DNA from: a virus | Reading direction: 5' to 3' (one strand) | Length of the DNA: 64,000 bases | IMG/VR virus record: IMGVR_UViG_3300044949_001245 | Span: 1-64,000 of that record | Shown here: in pieces, positions 10,541 through 21,168 of the stretch | How the letters are laid out: every line of letters starts with the position of its first letter | How positions within the stretch are numbered: position 1 is the first letter of the stretch | Made by a program: the position numbers and the translations under genes | Notes under the pieces: model-generated | Databases searched by the model: none | Told to the model about the DNA's origin: nothing | What the model saw: the letters and a program-made list of their open reading frames with translations, nothing else

Positions 10541-10893
10541 TATACAACAAAATTAAATTCTAACTCAGCCATATTGTTTATTTGATAATTATCTGCTTCA
10601 TCAACAATATCACTGATATAAATACTTCCATCAACGTCAACTTCAAAGACAGGTTGAACTCCTTGACTTATCAGCAACTCACACTCTATTCCCTCAATTG
10701 AATTAATGAGTTTACGTTGGTCTAAAATCTCAAGTTGACTAGTCCTTGGGTCTTTTAATTCAACTGGCTCTACACCAACGTTTTGAGTGCTATCAGCGTA
10801 AACTATATCCATAGCAACTACTCCGTTGGTTTGAGCTAGTGAACTGAAGCCAGTTATTGAACTGTTTGTCTTTACTGTTAAATCCTTTTCCAT
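10540..10893 (-). CDS. Hypothetical baseplate-module protein
   Basis: 117 aa; translationally coupled to its neighbours. Confidence 0.6.
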   Translation of the reverse strand: MEKDLTVKTNSSITGFSSLAQTNGVVAMDIVYADSTQNVGVEPVELKDPRTSQLEILDQRKLINSIEGIECELLISQGVQPVFEVDVDGSIYISDIVDEADNYQINNMAELEFNFVV

Positions 10894-10896
10894 TTT

Positions 10897-12093
10897 TTAC
10901 AATCTTCTTAATACAGTTGCTTGATATGCAAAATCGCTTTCCGTTGGATAGTAAAATGGATTCAATGTTCCAGATATATTCTCCAAAACTATCCCTTGAA
11001 TGTTCATCATCACAAACCCTCTAAATCTTGGCAATTGACCTCTTGGAATATCCACATAAGTGTTCGGGAAAAACATATTGTCTATGACACGTCTAACTCC
11101 AGTTACTGCCTTAACCGCATTCACCAAGTCCATATTGTCTATGAAATCCCCATCTTTCCAAAATCTATGGTCTATCAATTTACTCAAATTTATTTGCGCC
11201 TGTTTACGAATTTCGTCAGTTGAAAATCCAGGTTCAATATCTACACGACAGCTAACATCTATGGGAAAGTAAGTCACATTGACGAACTTTATTCCATAGT
11301 TCAAAAGTCCATTCGGTTTGAACTCATTCATGTTTAGCCATTGGTCAGCTTTCAGCAAGAAATCTCCCAACTCTGATGGGGTGAAATTCGCTCCATTAAC
11401 ACTTCCGACACCTAGACATAAATCGCCCACGTTATCCAAGCCATAGTTGTAAACACGCAATACATTAGGATTGGACTTTCTGAGAACTTGTTCCATATAT
11501 TGTAGTGTTCCTCTGGCCAACACATTTATTTCTTCCTTGATGCGCTCTCTAAACATCTCATCATCCTCCGCATCCCTACCGCCAGTTGCCATGTACTCAT
11601 TTATACAGTATTCATGTCCTGATGGAATAGGGGCAACTTTGTTGATTGTCAAAGGATTGACGTTGGTAAATGAACCATTAGGTATGCTAGCAAGTTTCAC
11701 GTATGAAAAACCCTCTTGTGGTATGGTAACCATCTGCTGTACTGCGAAATCTACACCTTGTCCTGTGAATGTATGTATTCCAGGAATGTAAGTTGTACCA
11801 GGTGTGCCGGCAACACGAACATATGTAGAACTTCCTATTGCTGCCATCCTTGGAGCAACCCCCCTTAAATCCGCCATGGTGTCCAAATACGAACCAAACG
11901 CTGAATCAGGAAACAGGTGTGTTTCAATTACTGCGACATCCTTTAACACTTTCTGCGCCAATTTGGCCGCACCAAAAGCTATTCCGTTGAGAACTGAACC
12001 CTCAGACACTTTAGTGACTAGGTTTGTCTGATTGAGCAAAGTTTCTACAAAAATCTGCTTCAATTCATCTACTGGTGTTATTCTTGTAATCAT
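10897..12093 (-). CDS. Baseplate J-like wedge protein
   Basis: SAFGSYLD...RGVAPR, ATGGRDAEDDEMFRERI and VKAVTGVRRV are baseplate J family signatures. Confidence 0.9.
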   Translation of the reverse strand: MITRITPVDELKQIFVETLLNQTNLVTKVSEGSVLNGIAFGAAKLAQKVLKDVAVIETHLFPDSAFGSYLDTMADLRGVAPRMAAIGSSTYVRVAGTPGTTYIPGIHTFTGQGVDFAVQQMVTIPQEGFSYVKLASIPNGSFTNVNPLTINKVAPIPSGHEYCINEYMATGGRDAEDDEMFRERIKEEINVLARGTLQYMEQVLRKSNPNVLRVYNYGLDNVGDLCLGVGSVNGANFTPSELGDFLLKADQWLNMNEFKPNGLLNYGIKFVNVTYFPIDVSCRVDIEPGFSTDEIRKQAQINLSKLIDHRFWKDGDFIDNMDLVNAVKAVTGVRRVIDNMFFPNTYVDIPRGQLPRFRGFVMMNIQGIVLENISGTLNPFYYPTESDFAYQATVLRRL

Positions 12094-13019
12094 ATTGTTA
12101 CGCTATTTACAATGACTAAATCTCTTTTTGTTGATACTTCAAATTCGATGAAGACATCTCCATCTTTGTATTTCACATTTCTCATTTTGAAGTTTTTGAA
12201 TAAGTCATCGGTTTTGAAAATCTTTTCCAATTCTTTACCGATGATTGGAAGATTGGTCATAGCCAAATTACTTCCTGTCCAATAATTTCCATTCGTTCCA
12301 AGCCATGGATACTCAGGCACATCCCTTTTCTTTAGCTGACATAAAATATCAACAGTTTGATACACTGTATCTTTATACCCTAGAACTTTCAAATCATCAT
12401 TTTGAAACGTCAAAAGTCTGTCTACATCCTTTCCATAAATTCTATCGCCTATTGTATAATCAATCATGGAAGTGACTAGTGCCATCTGGAATGAGGTATC
12501 AGTCAACTGGATTTGTGTTCCGCCATCTATATCCCAATCAATCTCTCTCAAATCATTGTCTATGGCTATTTCTTGAGCCTTATTGTGAAAGTTTGCTGAA
12601 CCTAGTTGGTCTATGGCTATGTCCTCAAGTGTCTCATTGGCAGACATTGTGTATTGATAGTTGTACCCAGCCTTTACTTTTCCTTTTATGTAGCTGGAGC
12701 GCAGGTATTTCGGCAAATTTTGCACATATTGAATATGAGTTCTTATGTCCTCAATACCATCCAACAACATCCAAAAATCACAAGTGTTCAATATCTTGCT
12801 GAAGTTCTTAAAAATCGCCAAAATCTTTACACTTTCCTCTTCCAACAAGTCCAGTTCCTTTAGATATTTTTTATCTAAATACTTTGATTTGCCGCTGTAG
12901 AATGCTGATATAATGGGCAGACTAGTTCCAAGGAAATCCTTGGCTCTGAACACAAAACTTCCCAAATCATAATTAGTGATTTTGAAAAATTTATCGTATG
13001 TTTCTTGAGTAACTAGCAT
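12090..13019 (-). CDS. Baseplate wedge protein (LysM-like segment plus gp25-like C-terminus)
   Basis: YTMSANETLEDIA (LysM-like) and KRDVPEYPWLG (gp25-like); directly upstream of baseplate J. Confidence 0.6.
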   Translation of the reverse strand: MLVTQETYDKFFKITNYDLGSFVFRAKDFLGTSLPIISAFYSGKSKYLDKKYLKELDLLEEESVKILAIFKNFSKILNTCDFWMLLDGIEDIRTHIQYVQNLPKYLRSSYIKGKVKAGYNYQYTMSANETLEDIAIDQLGSANFHNKAQEIAIDNDLREIDWDIDGGTQIQLTDTSFQMALVTSMIDYTIGDRIYGKDVDRLLTFQNDDLKVLGYKDTVYQTVDILCQLKKRDVPEYPWLGTNGNYWTGSNLAMTNLPIIGKELEKIFKTDDLFKNFKMRNVKYKDGDVFIEFEVSTKRDLVIVNSVTI

Positions 13020-13029
13020 TGTTTAATTA

Positions 13030-13767
13030 TTAAAATGTAAAACCTCTTTGTAATCCACCCATGGTTAAATTGCTAAATGTACTATTCAACATTTTTTGAA
13101 CCGCTGCTTGAGACACCATATTCTTGATGTTTTTATTATTGTCCACAAAAACATCGGTTGACCCTATGGCTTTTAATTCTATGCTGTAATTCCACATAGC
13201 ATTATTCTCTAGGCTTTGAGAAATTGAATAAGACATGATTTCAACATAGTAACTCTCATTGTAAGCAAAGTTGTAAAAAAGTATTTTGTATGGCTTTTGA
13301 TATTGGTCTAGCTGCGTGCTCTTTTTTAGAACTTTCTCCAAAAGTTTCGTTGCTCCGTACCCAGTTTTGACATTTAAGTCAAAGGTGTCTTTTTTGTAGT
13401 CCTCAGTCTGTTCCTCTTTCTTTTTGGTTTCTTGATTGGCGTGATTATCACGCTGAACAAGCAACCTAAATTTTCTACCAAATGTACCGCTTATGTTGAT
13501 AGTTGGCCCAGAGAATGCCGTGCTAATTGTATCAACATAACCTCTCATGGTCTTTTTTACGTTGACGTGAGGCTTTTTATTTATTTGGATAGCATTAGGC
13601 ATCACAGGGAAATTGAATATGTACTCTATTTCGTCAATGGCATCTACCACTTGAAATGCGCAAGCATAATACTCAAAATCATCAGGTGCCAGTGAATGCA
13701 ATAATGCTCTACCGCCCTCTACCAAGATGTCTTGGACTTTTCTTATTACTAGTTCTTTTCCTGGCAT
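13030..13767 (-). CDS. Baseplate/tail tube initiator-like protein
   Basis: FPVMPNAIQI...TINISGTFG...WNYSIELKA pattern; synteny. Confidence 0.55.
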   Translation of the reverse strand: MPGKELVIRKVQDILVEGGRALLHSLAPDDFEYYACAFQVVDAIDEIEYIFNFPVMPNAIQINKKPHVNVKKTMRGYVDTISTAFSGPTINISGTFGRKFRLLVQRDNHANQETKKKEEQTEDYKKDTFDLNVKTGYGATKLLEKVLKKSTQLDQYQKPYKILFYNFAYNESYYVEIMSYSISQSLENNAMWNYSIELKAIGSTDVFVDNNKNIKNMVSQAAVQKMLNSTFSNLTMGGLQRGFTF

Positions 13768-13768
13768 A

Positions 13769-14227
13769 TCATATCCATGTTAAAGTAATTCCACTTGTAT
13801 TGTTAATAGCTGTACCTGTCTTAAACCATAGGTCTATCATGCTAGAAAGCAATTCTGCTATGGTGGCAGAGTCAGCCCCCGCAAAACCTACCGCAAAAAT
13901 CGGTTCAAATAATGGTGGTGTAACTGGCGGCACTCCTGTGAATGTTGGCGCCATCCCTCCCGCAAGAACAGTTGCGTATTCAATTAGTCCCAATTTGAAG
14001 GCATCTACTCCTAAATTTTCTGCCAAAAGCAATTTAGCCTTTAGTGCTTGCCTAGCTGCTGGCGATGTGGTTGAAGGTGGAGTAACCAGACTAGCGTAAT
14101 TATCAATTGCTATGCTCCAGCGTTCAGCTGCCTCCACCACACTAGATGGGAACTGGGTGAACCCTGAATACTCTTGGTCTATAATAGATTGGATTCCATC
14201 CTTCAATGTCGGTTTGAGTAAAGCCAT
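13769..14227 (-). CDS. Hypothetical baseplate/spike-associated protein
   Basis: 152 aa, Ala/Pro-rich; follows the spike gene. Confidence 0.6.
   Translation of the reverse strand: MALLKPTLKDGIQSIIDQEYSGFTQFPSSVVEAAERWSIAIDNYASLVTPPSTTSPAARQALKAKLLLAENLGVDAFKLGLIEYATVLAGGMAPTFTGVPPVTPPLFEPIFAVGFAGADSATIAELLSSMIDLWFKTGTAINNTSGITLTWI
13804..13816 (-). promoter_or_regulatory. Candidate late promoter motif (ACAGCTATTA)
   Basis: Plus strand TAATAGCTGTACC, 37 nt upstream of ATG 13767. Confidence 0.5.
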
Positions 14228-15210
14228 CAGTCAGTGTTTGTTAGTTCTGATAATATGTCCTTCAACTGTTGTTTGATTTGAATAAAGGTGGCAGAGTTCA
14301 CTGGCGTTCCACTTGGACCAAAAGCAGTTGGAACAGTCAATTGCGTTATTCCATCAATAATTTCTTCCAACTTGCCTACCAATGTATCACCTTTGACCAT
14401 CGGTTCAGCACTATCCTCTTCTCCAAAAATTATTTTTTTTGAGTCCTCAGCTTTTATTTGAATTCTATTTTCATTTATGTAAACTTTATTATTGAATTCA
14501 TCTTCATATAGCAAACGCTCAGTTTCTTCTTCCAGATTGCTGTTTAGAACAACTCTTGCTCTAGTTTTTCGGTCAACACCTGTAACTCCTATTTCAATTT
14601 TATCATTCGATAAAAACACCGCCCTTTTTGAAGCATTCAATAAATACTCGCCATCACTCTCCACTATAAATTGAGCAGTTGGCTCTCCCGCATTACCACT
14701 TGCTCTGAATACTATTCTAGGCACTTTTTCCGCTTGCTCACTCCGAACTGTGATGGTCAAGGTAGCATTCGCTGGATTCATGTCTATATCAACCATGTTG
14801 CCTGTATCAGACACTTTTGTAGTTCTTTTTTGAAACTCTTGAAGAGGATGGAAATCATCCTCATGTTTCAAACAGGCAACCACTATGGGCTCATTGTGTT
14901 TAGGTATGTTTACCCAAACGACTGGTGTTCCATGTTCTCCAGGTTGTGTTGGAAATTTTATTCTTTGTAGAACTTCCCTATCAATAAGCACACTGTGGAA
15001 ATATCCGTGTCCATAACCTCCATAAATCGAACACCTACCTGTCCTGTAACAGTCCTCTTTGTATTCTGTTGGATCAACTCCAGTTGGGATTATCAAAAAA
15101 CCAACTCCAGCAGACAAATTGCCACTAGGTATTTCACGCACGCCAATTTCTTCATCATCTATGCGCTCAGGCAAGTCATTTTCTAAAATCCAAGGCTTGT
15201 TAAAAAACAT
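14227..15210 (-). CDS. Baseplate central spike (gpV/gp5-like)
   Basis: Beta-repeat middle; C-terminal EPMVKGDTL...VPTAFGPSGTPVN typical of contractile-tail spikes. Confidence 0.7.
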   Translation of the reverse strand: MFFNKPWILENDLPERIDDEEIGVREIPSGNLSAGVGFLIIPTGVDPTEYKEDCYRTGRCSIYGGYGHGYFHSVLIDREVLQRIKFPTQPGEHGTPVVWVNIPKHNEPIVVACLKHEDDFHPLQEFQKRTTKVSDTGNMVDIDMNPANATLTITVRSEQAEKVPRIVFRASGNAGEPTAQFIVESDGEYLLNASKRAVFLSNDKIEIGVTGVDRKTRARVVLNSNLEEETERLLYEDEFNNKVYINENRIQIKAEDSKKIIFGEEDSAEPMVKGDTLVGKLEEIIDGITQLTVPTAFGPSGTPVNSATFIQIKQQLKDILSELTNTD

Positions 15211-15214
15211 ATCT

Positions 15215-17266
15215 TTAATCTTTTATTCCACATTTGTTGAATTGTCTTCTCTGAAGAAAGTATTGAAAAACAGGGTCATTCACTCTCCAACCAACACCCT
15301 TCACTTCCTTTTCAATTTCTTTGTCTTTCATCCATTCATCCATTACAAAAAACGCAACCCTTTGATACGCTTTTCTTTTTAGGTCACCTGCTGTCTTGTC
15401 ATCCAAAAAGGCTTTTTTCTCTCGCTCAGTGAATGTTTTAACTCCCCTTGGAATGATGGATATTTTCTTTTCAATTGCTGCTCTATTTTCACTTGGGTGT
15501 TTCTTAATGTATAAATCAACTATGGCAGTCCTTAATGTCTTCGCCCTATTCGTTGGAAGTGTGCTATTATTCACGCCACTGTCTGAGTCTATGTAACCAG
15601 TACATCTAAATGTAGGACAGCTTGGATATTTCTCTATCAAAGAAACAGCATATTCAATTTGTCTATTATTTTGGGCAACTAAATCCGCACGTAATGATGG
15701 AAATGCTTTAATTTGTTTCTCCATTTTTTTATCATCCGTATCTTTAGCTGGTGGCCAAGTTTCATTCAAATCAATCAGATATGGTCTGTCATTATCAAAA
15801 TATACATAAGCAACATCCTGTTCTATTTTTTCCTTTACAATCTCTTTTCTAGGTGGAGGATTGTCAAAAAGTATTAAATTCCAATAATTGAAATCATCAG
15901 TCTTTTCTGGCGCAAGACAGTGTCGTATCTCCATACCTCTCGACACTTGAAGAGTTGTTACCCATTCTTCACTACCATCAACCACAGTATATCTATGACT
16001 AACAGCGTCAACATAGAAAATTTCCATGGTTGGAGCATAGGTTATTTTATGACCTCTTTTTATTCCGAAACAACCTCTCAATACAATGCTCCCCTCCCTA
16101 GTAAATGGAAGATACATATTTGACTCAACCATGTATCTTAAATCCTCCAAGGCTTTCTCTTCCATTATTCTGCCATCGCTGATTTTCACAAAGCTCAAAT
16201 AATTACTGACTTGTGAATTGGGTTTTGAGCCCCAAACTTGAGCATATTCTTCAAAATATACTGCCGTTATGTGAGCAAAAATTTGGTTCTCATCTGAGAT
16301 AAATGAGCCCTTTGGTATTATTTGATACCAGCTATAAATTGGACCATTATACCACTTCAAGTCATCTGATATCACACTAGTTTCATGAATAACACCTTGG
16401 TCCATCAATGAACCCCACCAACCATTGTAATCAAATGGTGCTCTCCTTGTAAAAAAGTAAAATTGGTTTCCAAAAGTGTCTCCATAGAATTGCATCCATG
16501 GGTCTTGTACGACTTTTCTAACAAAATTTATCAAACTGCCCTGATTGGTAGCAAGTGAGCTGTCAGCAATAAGTTGAGAAACGCTCCACCTATCAGACAC
16601 CATCTTTACTATCTGCCATATGCCGACCGCATTAACCTCTTCGACATTCTTGATTGGCTCATTAGGCAAAATCTTTTCTCTTTTGTATTCCTCAACTTTT
16701 ACATCGTATGTTTCTGTTCCAATGTCAGTATTCCAATTGGGATTTTGAACTTGTTGTGATGGCGTGGCTTGATTTGCGTCATCAAGCAGGATGTAACCAT
16801 CAGCATCAAACATTTTAGCCTTCCATCTTCTTTTTACTTCTTTCCAACCTAATCCAAAATGGCAGTCAAAATGGTGTTGCTCATTGGCTATATTCCAGTC
16901 ACCGCCCCAATTCATTCCTAATGCTTTGGCTATTTTAGCCACTTTGCGCATATGCTCTTTATCCCTTGAGAACTCCTTTCCATTCCATGAACGTAAGTCC
17001 ATAGCAAGGCCAATCTCATGTGAACTAAATCCTGGGGGTGACGCTAAAATTCCGTTGTTACGACCAGCCTTATATTCTTTGTATAAATAGTCTTGTTGAG
17101 CATAAGTTCTAAATCCTGAGTACATACGCAACTCCATGCCGACAGCCCTACATTGCGCATCAAATTGTATCATAATAGGTCTGAACTTCGGGTGAAGTGG
17201 GTATCTACGCACTCCATCTACTACTCCCCCATTGATGAATTTCAAATTTCTTTCTAGTTGACTCAT
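15215..17266 (-). CDS. Tail-associated peptidoglycan hydrolase/hub protein (M15 metallopeptidase, hub-like core, OmpA-like segment)
   Basis: M15 motifs SGFRTYAQQ, SSHEIGLAMD, WGGDW..EQHHF; C-terminal VYFDND...GYIDS...LPTNRAKTL...RV resembles OmpA_C. Confidence 0.75.
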   Translation of the reverse strand: MSQLERNLKFINGGVVDGVRRYPLHPKFRPIMIQFDAQCRAVGMELRMYSGFRTYAQQDYLYKEYKAGRNNGILASPPGFSSHEIGLAMDLRSWNGKEFSRDKEHMRKVAKIAKALGMNWGGDWNIANEQHHFDCHFGLGWKEVKRRWKAKMFDADGYILLDDANQATPSQQVQNPNWNTDIGTETYDVKVEEYKREKILPNEPIKNVEEVNAVGIWQIVKMVSDRWSVSQLIADSSLATNQGSLINFVRKVVQDPWMQFYGDTFGNQFYFFTRRAPFDYNGWWGSLMDQGVIHETSVISDDLKWYNGPIYSWYQIIPKGSFISDENQIFAHITAVYFEEYAQVWGSKPNSQVSNYLSFVKISDGRIMEEKALEDLRYMVESNMYLPFTREGSIVLRGCFGIKRGHKITYAPTMEIFYVDAVSHRYTVVDGSEEWVTTLQVSRGMEIRHCLAPEKTDDFNYWNLILFDNPPPRKEIVKEKIEQDVAYVYFDNDRPYLIDLNETWPPAKDTDDKKMEKQIKAFPSLRADLVAQNNRQIEYAVSLIEKYPSCPTFRCTGYIDSDSGVNNSTLPTNRAKTLRTAIVDLYIKKHPSENRAAIEKKISIIPRGVKTFTEREKKAFLDDKTAGDLKRKAYQRVAFFVMDEWMKDKEIEKEVKGVGWRVNDPVFQYFLQRRQFNKCGIKD

Positions 17267-18909
17267 TATTCTGTTATATTTTCATCCTGACCCTCTTTAT
17301 TCTGTACTGGCTCTTCAATCTCTACTTGAAATTTTGTCCTTAAATCTCCGTATGAATCAAAAACTTTAGATTGACAAATTTCAATATTGGAAAGGGTGCT
17401 AATCAATAAATTCATTATGTATCCTACATTTCTTGCTTCTACATTATACATGGATTCAATCATACCTACAGTCAGCAGTCTGTTTACGCCACGCCATCCT
17501 GATTCACTTGCTTTATTGAAAGCATTAACGTCATCCCCACGTCTTGGTAAATCTATGTTGTTAAAGGCAGTTTGAGTTTGTTTTGGATTGGCATAGCTTT
17601 TTTGAAAAAAGAATGAGCCATCTTCTATTAGCAGCTTCATAAGGTCACGGCCAGCTATCTGTATCGTGACGTCAGTATTTTCCGCTGTACATGATAGTGA
17701 ATTAGTGTCCACTAACGCAATTTGCATATTGCTTAATTTAACAATATCATCTACATTTCTAACAAAAGGATGTGCGTATTTTTCCTCATCTGTCCCATAC
17801 TCCAATCCGCCAATAAAAACAATATCATTTTCAGATATCACATTATGAAAGAAAAAATCCTCTCTAAACCACCAAAAACTTCCATATGGTTTAGGTCTAT
17901 CACTTTCATATAGAAATTTATCATAAAGATTGACACGACTATCGAACTGAACTGCCTGCGCCCTTTGTCCATAAGTTTCACGTTGTTTTTCTGATTCAAA
18001 GGCATCTGTTAATTCAATCAACTTTTCCTTATTGGCTTCACTCATCTGCCAATTTATTGTTGATTTGAAAGTGTAGTTTTCAATATTGTTAGACATGAAT
18101 TTGATGTAGCTGGTTTCATCAACCTCCCAAATTCCAGTTGGTAAACCTAAACTACAAGGCAAAGTTCCTATCACTGGCGGCAGAGTAATTGAAAAAGAAC
18201 CAGCTTGCTCCGTTTGATTGACTGATAAATTCATCAGGAATGGGGTCAAATCTATCACTGAGAACTTGTTGAATTCATCTGTCTCAACAGGTGAATCCAT
18301 CTTTCGTATTCCTAGACTTGCTAGTGCTTTACACCAAACCCAAACCCTCAGTCTTTGATATTCTTTATGTACTATTCCCCTAGCGCCAGTGTCTCTCAAG
18401 AATGAACTTGAATTTCCATCATAATACAACCAAGAATTTACATCTAAATTGCCTGTTGTTTCTTTGAGTTGTCTATGTATTCGACCTATTTCGGCTGAAA
18501 ATACAAAATTTTCATTATCCTCATTTCCACCCTCTCCCACTTCTCTTGGTCCAAAATTGTAACCACCACTATCTATCAACAGTAAATTAGATTGGCTGGG
18601 CAAAATATCTCTTTGAAGTTTGCTTGACTCTACATGTAAAATTATTGGCCAACGAACTGGGTGAGCACTCCCTATATCATCAACACTTTTATCGGTTGGC
18701 TCACCCTTTTCGTTTACATACCCCAATCTTTCTTTAGTGGCGTTGTCGTACGCATCTAGGATTTTTTGCTTGTTGGTGACTCCCTTATCATCCTTACTTT
18801 TCAACCAATCATTTACATCTTGGTTTATCTTGTAGAACTTATGTATTTCACCAGCACTAGCATCCCAACCAACTTCGCCATTATATGGTAACTTTATTAT
18901 TTTACTCAT
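17266..18909 (-). CDS. Putative baseplate hub / tail protein
   Basis: 547 aa after tape measure; GSFSITL and IQIAGRDLMKLL are hub-like strands. Confidence 0.55.
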   Translation of the reverse strand: MSKIIKLPYNGEVGWDASAGEIHKFYKINQDVNDWLKSKDDKGVTNKQKILDAYDNATKERLGYVNEKGEPTDKSVDDIGSAHPVRWPIILHVESSKLQRDILPSQSNLLLIDSGGYNFGPREVGEGGNEDNENFVFSAEIGRIHRQLKETTGNLDVNSWLYYDGNSSSFLRDTGARGIVHKEYQRLRVWVWCKALASLGIRKMDSPVETDEFNKFSVIDLTPFLMNLSVNQTEQAGSFSITLPPVIGTLPCSLGLPTGIWEVDETSYIKFMSNNIENYTFKSTINWQMSEANKEKLIELTDAFESEKQRETYGQRAQAVQFDSRVNLYDKFLYESDRPKPYGSFWWFREDFFFHNVISENDIVFIGGLEYGTDEEKYAHPFVRNVDDIVKLSNMQIALVDTNSLSCTAENTDVTIQIAGRDLMKLLIEDGSFFFQKSYANPKQTQTAFNNIDLPRRGDDVNAFNKASESGWRGVNRLLTVGMIESMYNVEARNVGYIMNLLISTLSNIEICQSKVFDSYGDLRTKFQVEIEEPVQNKEGQDENITE

Positions 18910-20816
18910 TTTGAACCATTTTTTCTAACACCTTTGGTCGTTGGACTCACAGGCAAATTTCCATATGAATTAGTAACATTTACTTTTACAGTGTTGTTAG
19001 TCAACCAATTTTCTAGGCTTGTCGATATTGTTCCAATTATGGACTGAAATCCAGATAACATCTCACTCATAGCACTATTCATAGTGCTTGCTTCTGACGC
19101 AGCGAACTCCTTACTCAACGTACCTTTTCGCCCTTTCTGAATTGGCTTCTTTCCAGTCATATAGCCAGAGAAATCACCACTCGTCATGGCTCTTTCATAA
19201 AGCTCCATATCATACTCCGACTGAGGATTGAAGAATGAGTATAAAAGGTCATCCCTAGCCATTTGGTTTCCTTGCGTCCAATCACCCGACATTTTCATGA
19301 ACTGTTCGATGTATTTCGGGTCATCTGAATTAAATCGAACAAATCTGCGTAACTCAGCAGGATTGTATGCTAAATCTGGGTGTGCTCTCTTGGCTGCCTC
19401 ATACTTCATTAACATCAAGTTGTCGCCACCACCCTCTCCTAGTCCTTGAATAGTTTGGGCAAGAAAGTCACCAGATTTTTCTCCTTTTTGAGAAAGTCCT
19501 ATTGATTCAAAAGCAGCCAACATCCTCAATGAAGAGTCAACATCGACAATATCACGTTTGGTACGTTGAATACTCATCAATGTTTGTTGAGTTTGTAACT
19601 TTTCAGTCAAAGTTGCCAAATCACCCTCTTTCAAACTACTTTCGTTGATTGAGGTCAACACATTTAATACGTCAAGTGAAATATCAGTTGCCTCCCTCTG
19701 CTGAGTTGTGAACCTTTCAAATGAGTTAAAAATGCCGGCATCAGCACCGAATGCTTTATTGAATTGTAAATCCTCTAGTGTTCGCCTTAAAATGTCTGGG
19801 CCAGCTATTCCTGTTTCACGACCTTTTATTTCAGCTGCTTTCAAAAAGTCCTGTGGATTCAACCCCATTGACGTGGCCATCCCAGTTCCGTAATTCCCTT
19901 GTGCTTGGTCTATCAGGCTAAACATTTGAGTTGAACCTGAGTAACCACTCCCTCTCAATGAACCAACTCCTTGACCAGCAGCGTAAACTTGGTCACTTTG
20001 ACTTAAAAGGGCATAGGCTGCTGCTATCACCGATGCAGTTGCTGTTGCGCCCTTTGACCCCCCTAGTAATCCACCCGCAGCCCTACCAGTCTGTATGCTG
20101 GTTGCTGCCAAGTTAGCACTGGCTATTGATTGAGCCAACTGTGAGTAATTTATTCCTGTTCCATCCTCACCGCCTTTACCCCCTCTTGCTCCACCGCCAT
20201 CCATCTCACGCATGCGTTCTTTGTTGGCAGCAATCCTTGCGTTTATATCATCTAAATCCTCTTGACTTTGGGCAGTCAATCTTTGTTTTTGTAGGTCTTT
20301 ATTTTCTTGAACTAAAGTTCCATACAAGCCACCTTTACCACCCTCTTCAAACTCTTTCTTATCACGTTGCGACCTCTCCCTGTCTAATTTACGCTTGTCC
20401 ACCATCTCACGGACAATCAAGCGCAAATGCATGTTCATTTCCTTTTCAATTTCAGCCAACTCTTTCTGCTCTTGAGATGTAGCTTCAGATTGTGCTCCTT
20501 CAAAAAGTTCTTTTTGCTTCTTGAATTCTTTTTTGGAAATTTCGCCCCGACTGAATTTTTCCTCTTGCTCCTTGAATTCAGCAAGATTGGATTGACGCAC
20601 TTCAGCGTACTCCGACTTGACTTGCTCTTGTTTTGCTCTCAGTGCACCTTTTGCTTCACGCTCAACTGTAACCTTTTGCTCAGTTGGAGTCATTTCAGAC
20701 AATCGGTTGAGGTCTGTTACATCCCTACCTAGTTGTTGAACCTTTTGGCGCAACGCATCTAGCTGAGAACCCAATCCGTCATCACGACCTCTTATATTTA
20801 CATTAACTTCAGCCAT
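18906..20816 (-). CDS. Tape measure protein (putative)
   Basis: Coiled-coil N-terminus with Gly/Ala-rich helical body; follows tube and chaperone genes. Confidence 0.7.
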   Translation of the reverse strand: MAEVNVNIRGRDDGLGSQLDALRQKVQQLGRDVTDLNRLSEMTPTEQKVTVEREAKGALRAKQEQVKSEYAEVRQSNLAEFKEQEEKFSRGEISKKEFKKQKELFEGAQSEATSQEQKELAEIEKEMNMHLRLIVREMVDKRKLDRERSQRDKKEFEEGGKGGLYGTLVQENKDLQKQRLTAQSQEDLDDINARIAANKERMREMDGGGARGGKGGEDGTGINYSQLAQSIASANLAATSIQTGRAAGGLLGGSKGATATASVIAAAYALLSQSDQVYAAGQGVGSLRGSGYSGSTQMFSLIDQAQGNYGTGMATSMGLNPQDFLKAAEIKGRETGIAGPDILRRTLEDLQFNKAFGADAGIFNSFERFTTQQREATDISLDVLNVLTSINESSLKEGDLATLTEKLQTQQTLMSIQRTKRDIVDVDSSLRMLAAFESIGLSQKGEKSGDFLAQTIQGLGEGGGDNLMLMKYEAAKRAHPDLAYNPAELRRFVRFNSDDPKYIEQFMKMSGDWTQGNQMARDDLLYSFFNPQSEYDMELYERAMTSGDFSGYMTGKKPIQKGRKGTLSKEFAASEASTMNSAMSEMLSGFQSIIGTISTSLENWLTNNTVKVNVTNSYGNLPVSPTTKGVRKNGSK

Positions 20817-21168
20817 CTGCGTTATTATTTTGACCCTTTACTGTATTATATCTGCTGAGGTCTATGTTGTCGAAATCCTTATCAATTTCTTGCTTGGACA
20901 TCTTCTTGCCTTGTTTTGTTTTATACAAGCTGGACTCCAACTCTTGGGTGTCGCCATCCGTACTTTCTTGTGAATACCATTTACGCAAGATTTTCTCTTC
21001 ATAGTATTCATAGTACATCTGTATGAAGTTTGCCTTTCGGTGAGTTTCACTCCCGAATGGAACATTGTACTTTTTGCGCCACCAATAGTCAATTGGCCAC
21101 TGTTTGTTCCAATTTACTATGAACGCATGAACTTGTTCTTTGAGATTATTTTTCCTGTTCTTGTCCAT
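20809..21168 (-). CDS. Tail assembly protein (post-chaperone ORF)
   Basis: Likely ATG at 21168 (MDKNRK); lies between chaperone and tape measure. Confidence 0.6.
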   Translation of the reverse strand: MDKNRKNNLKEQVHAFIVNWNKQWPIDYWWRKKYNVPFGSETHRKANFIQMYYEYYEEKILRKWYSQESTDGDTQELESSLYKTKQGKKMSKQEIDKDFDNIDLSRYNTVKGQNNNADG

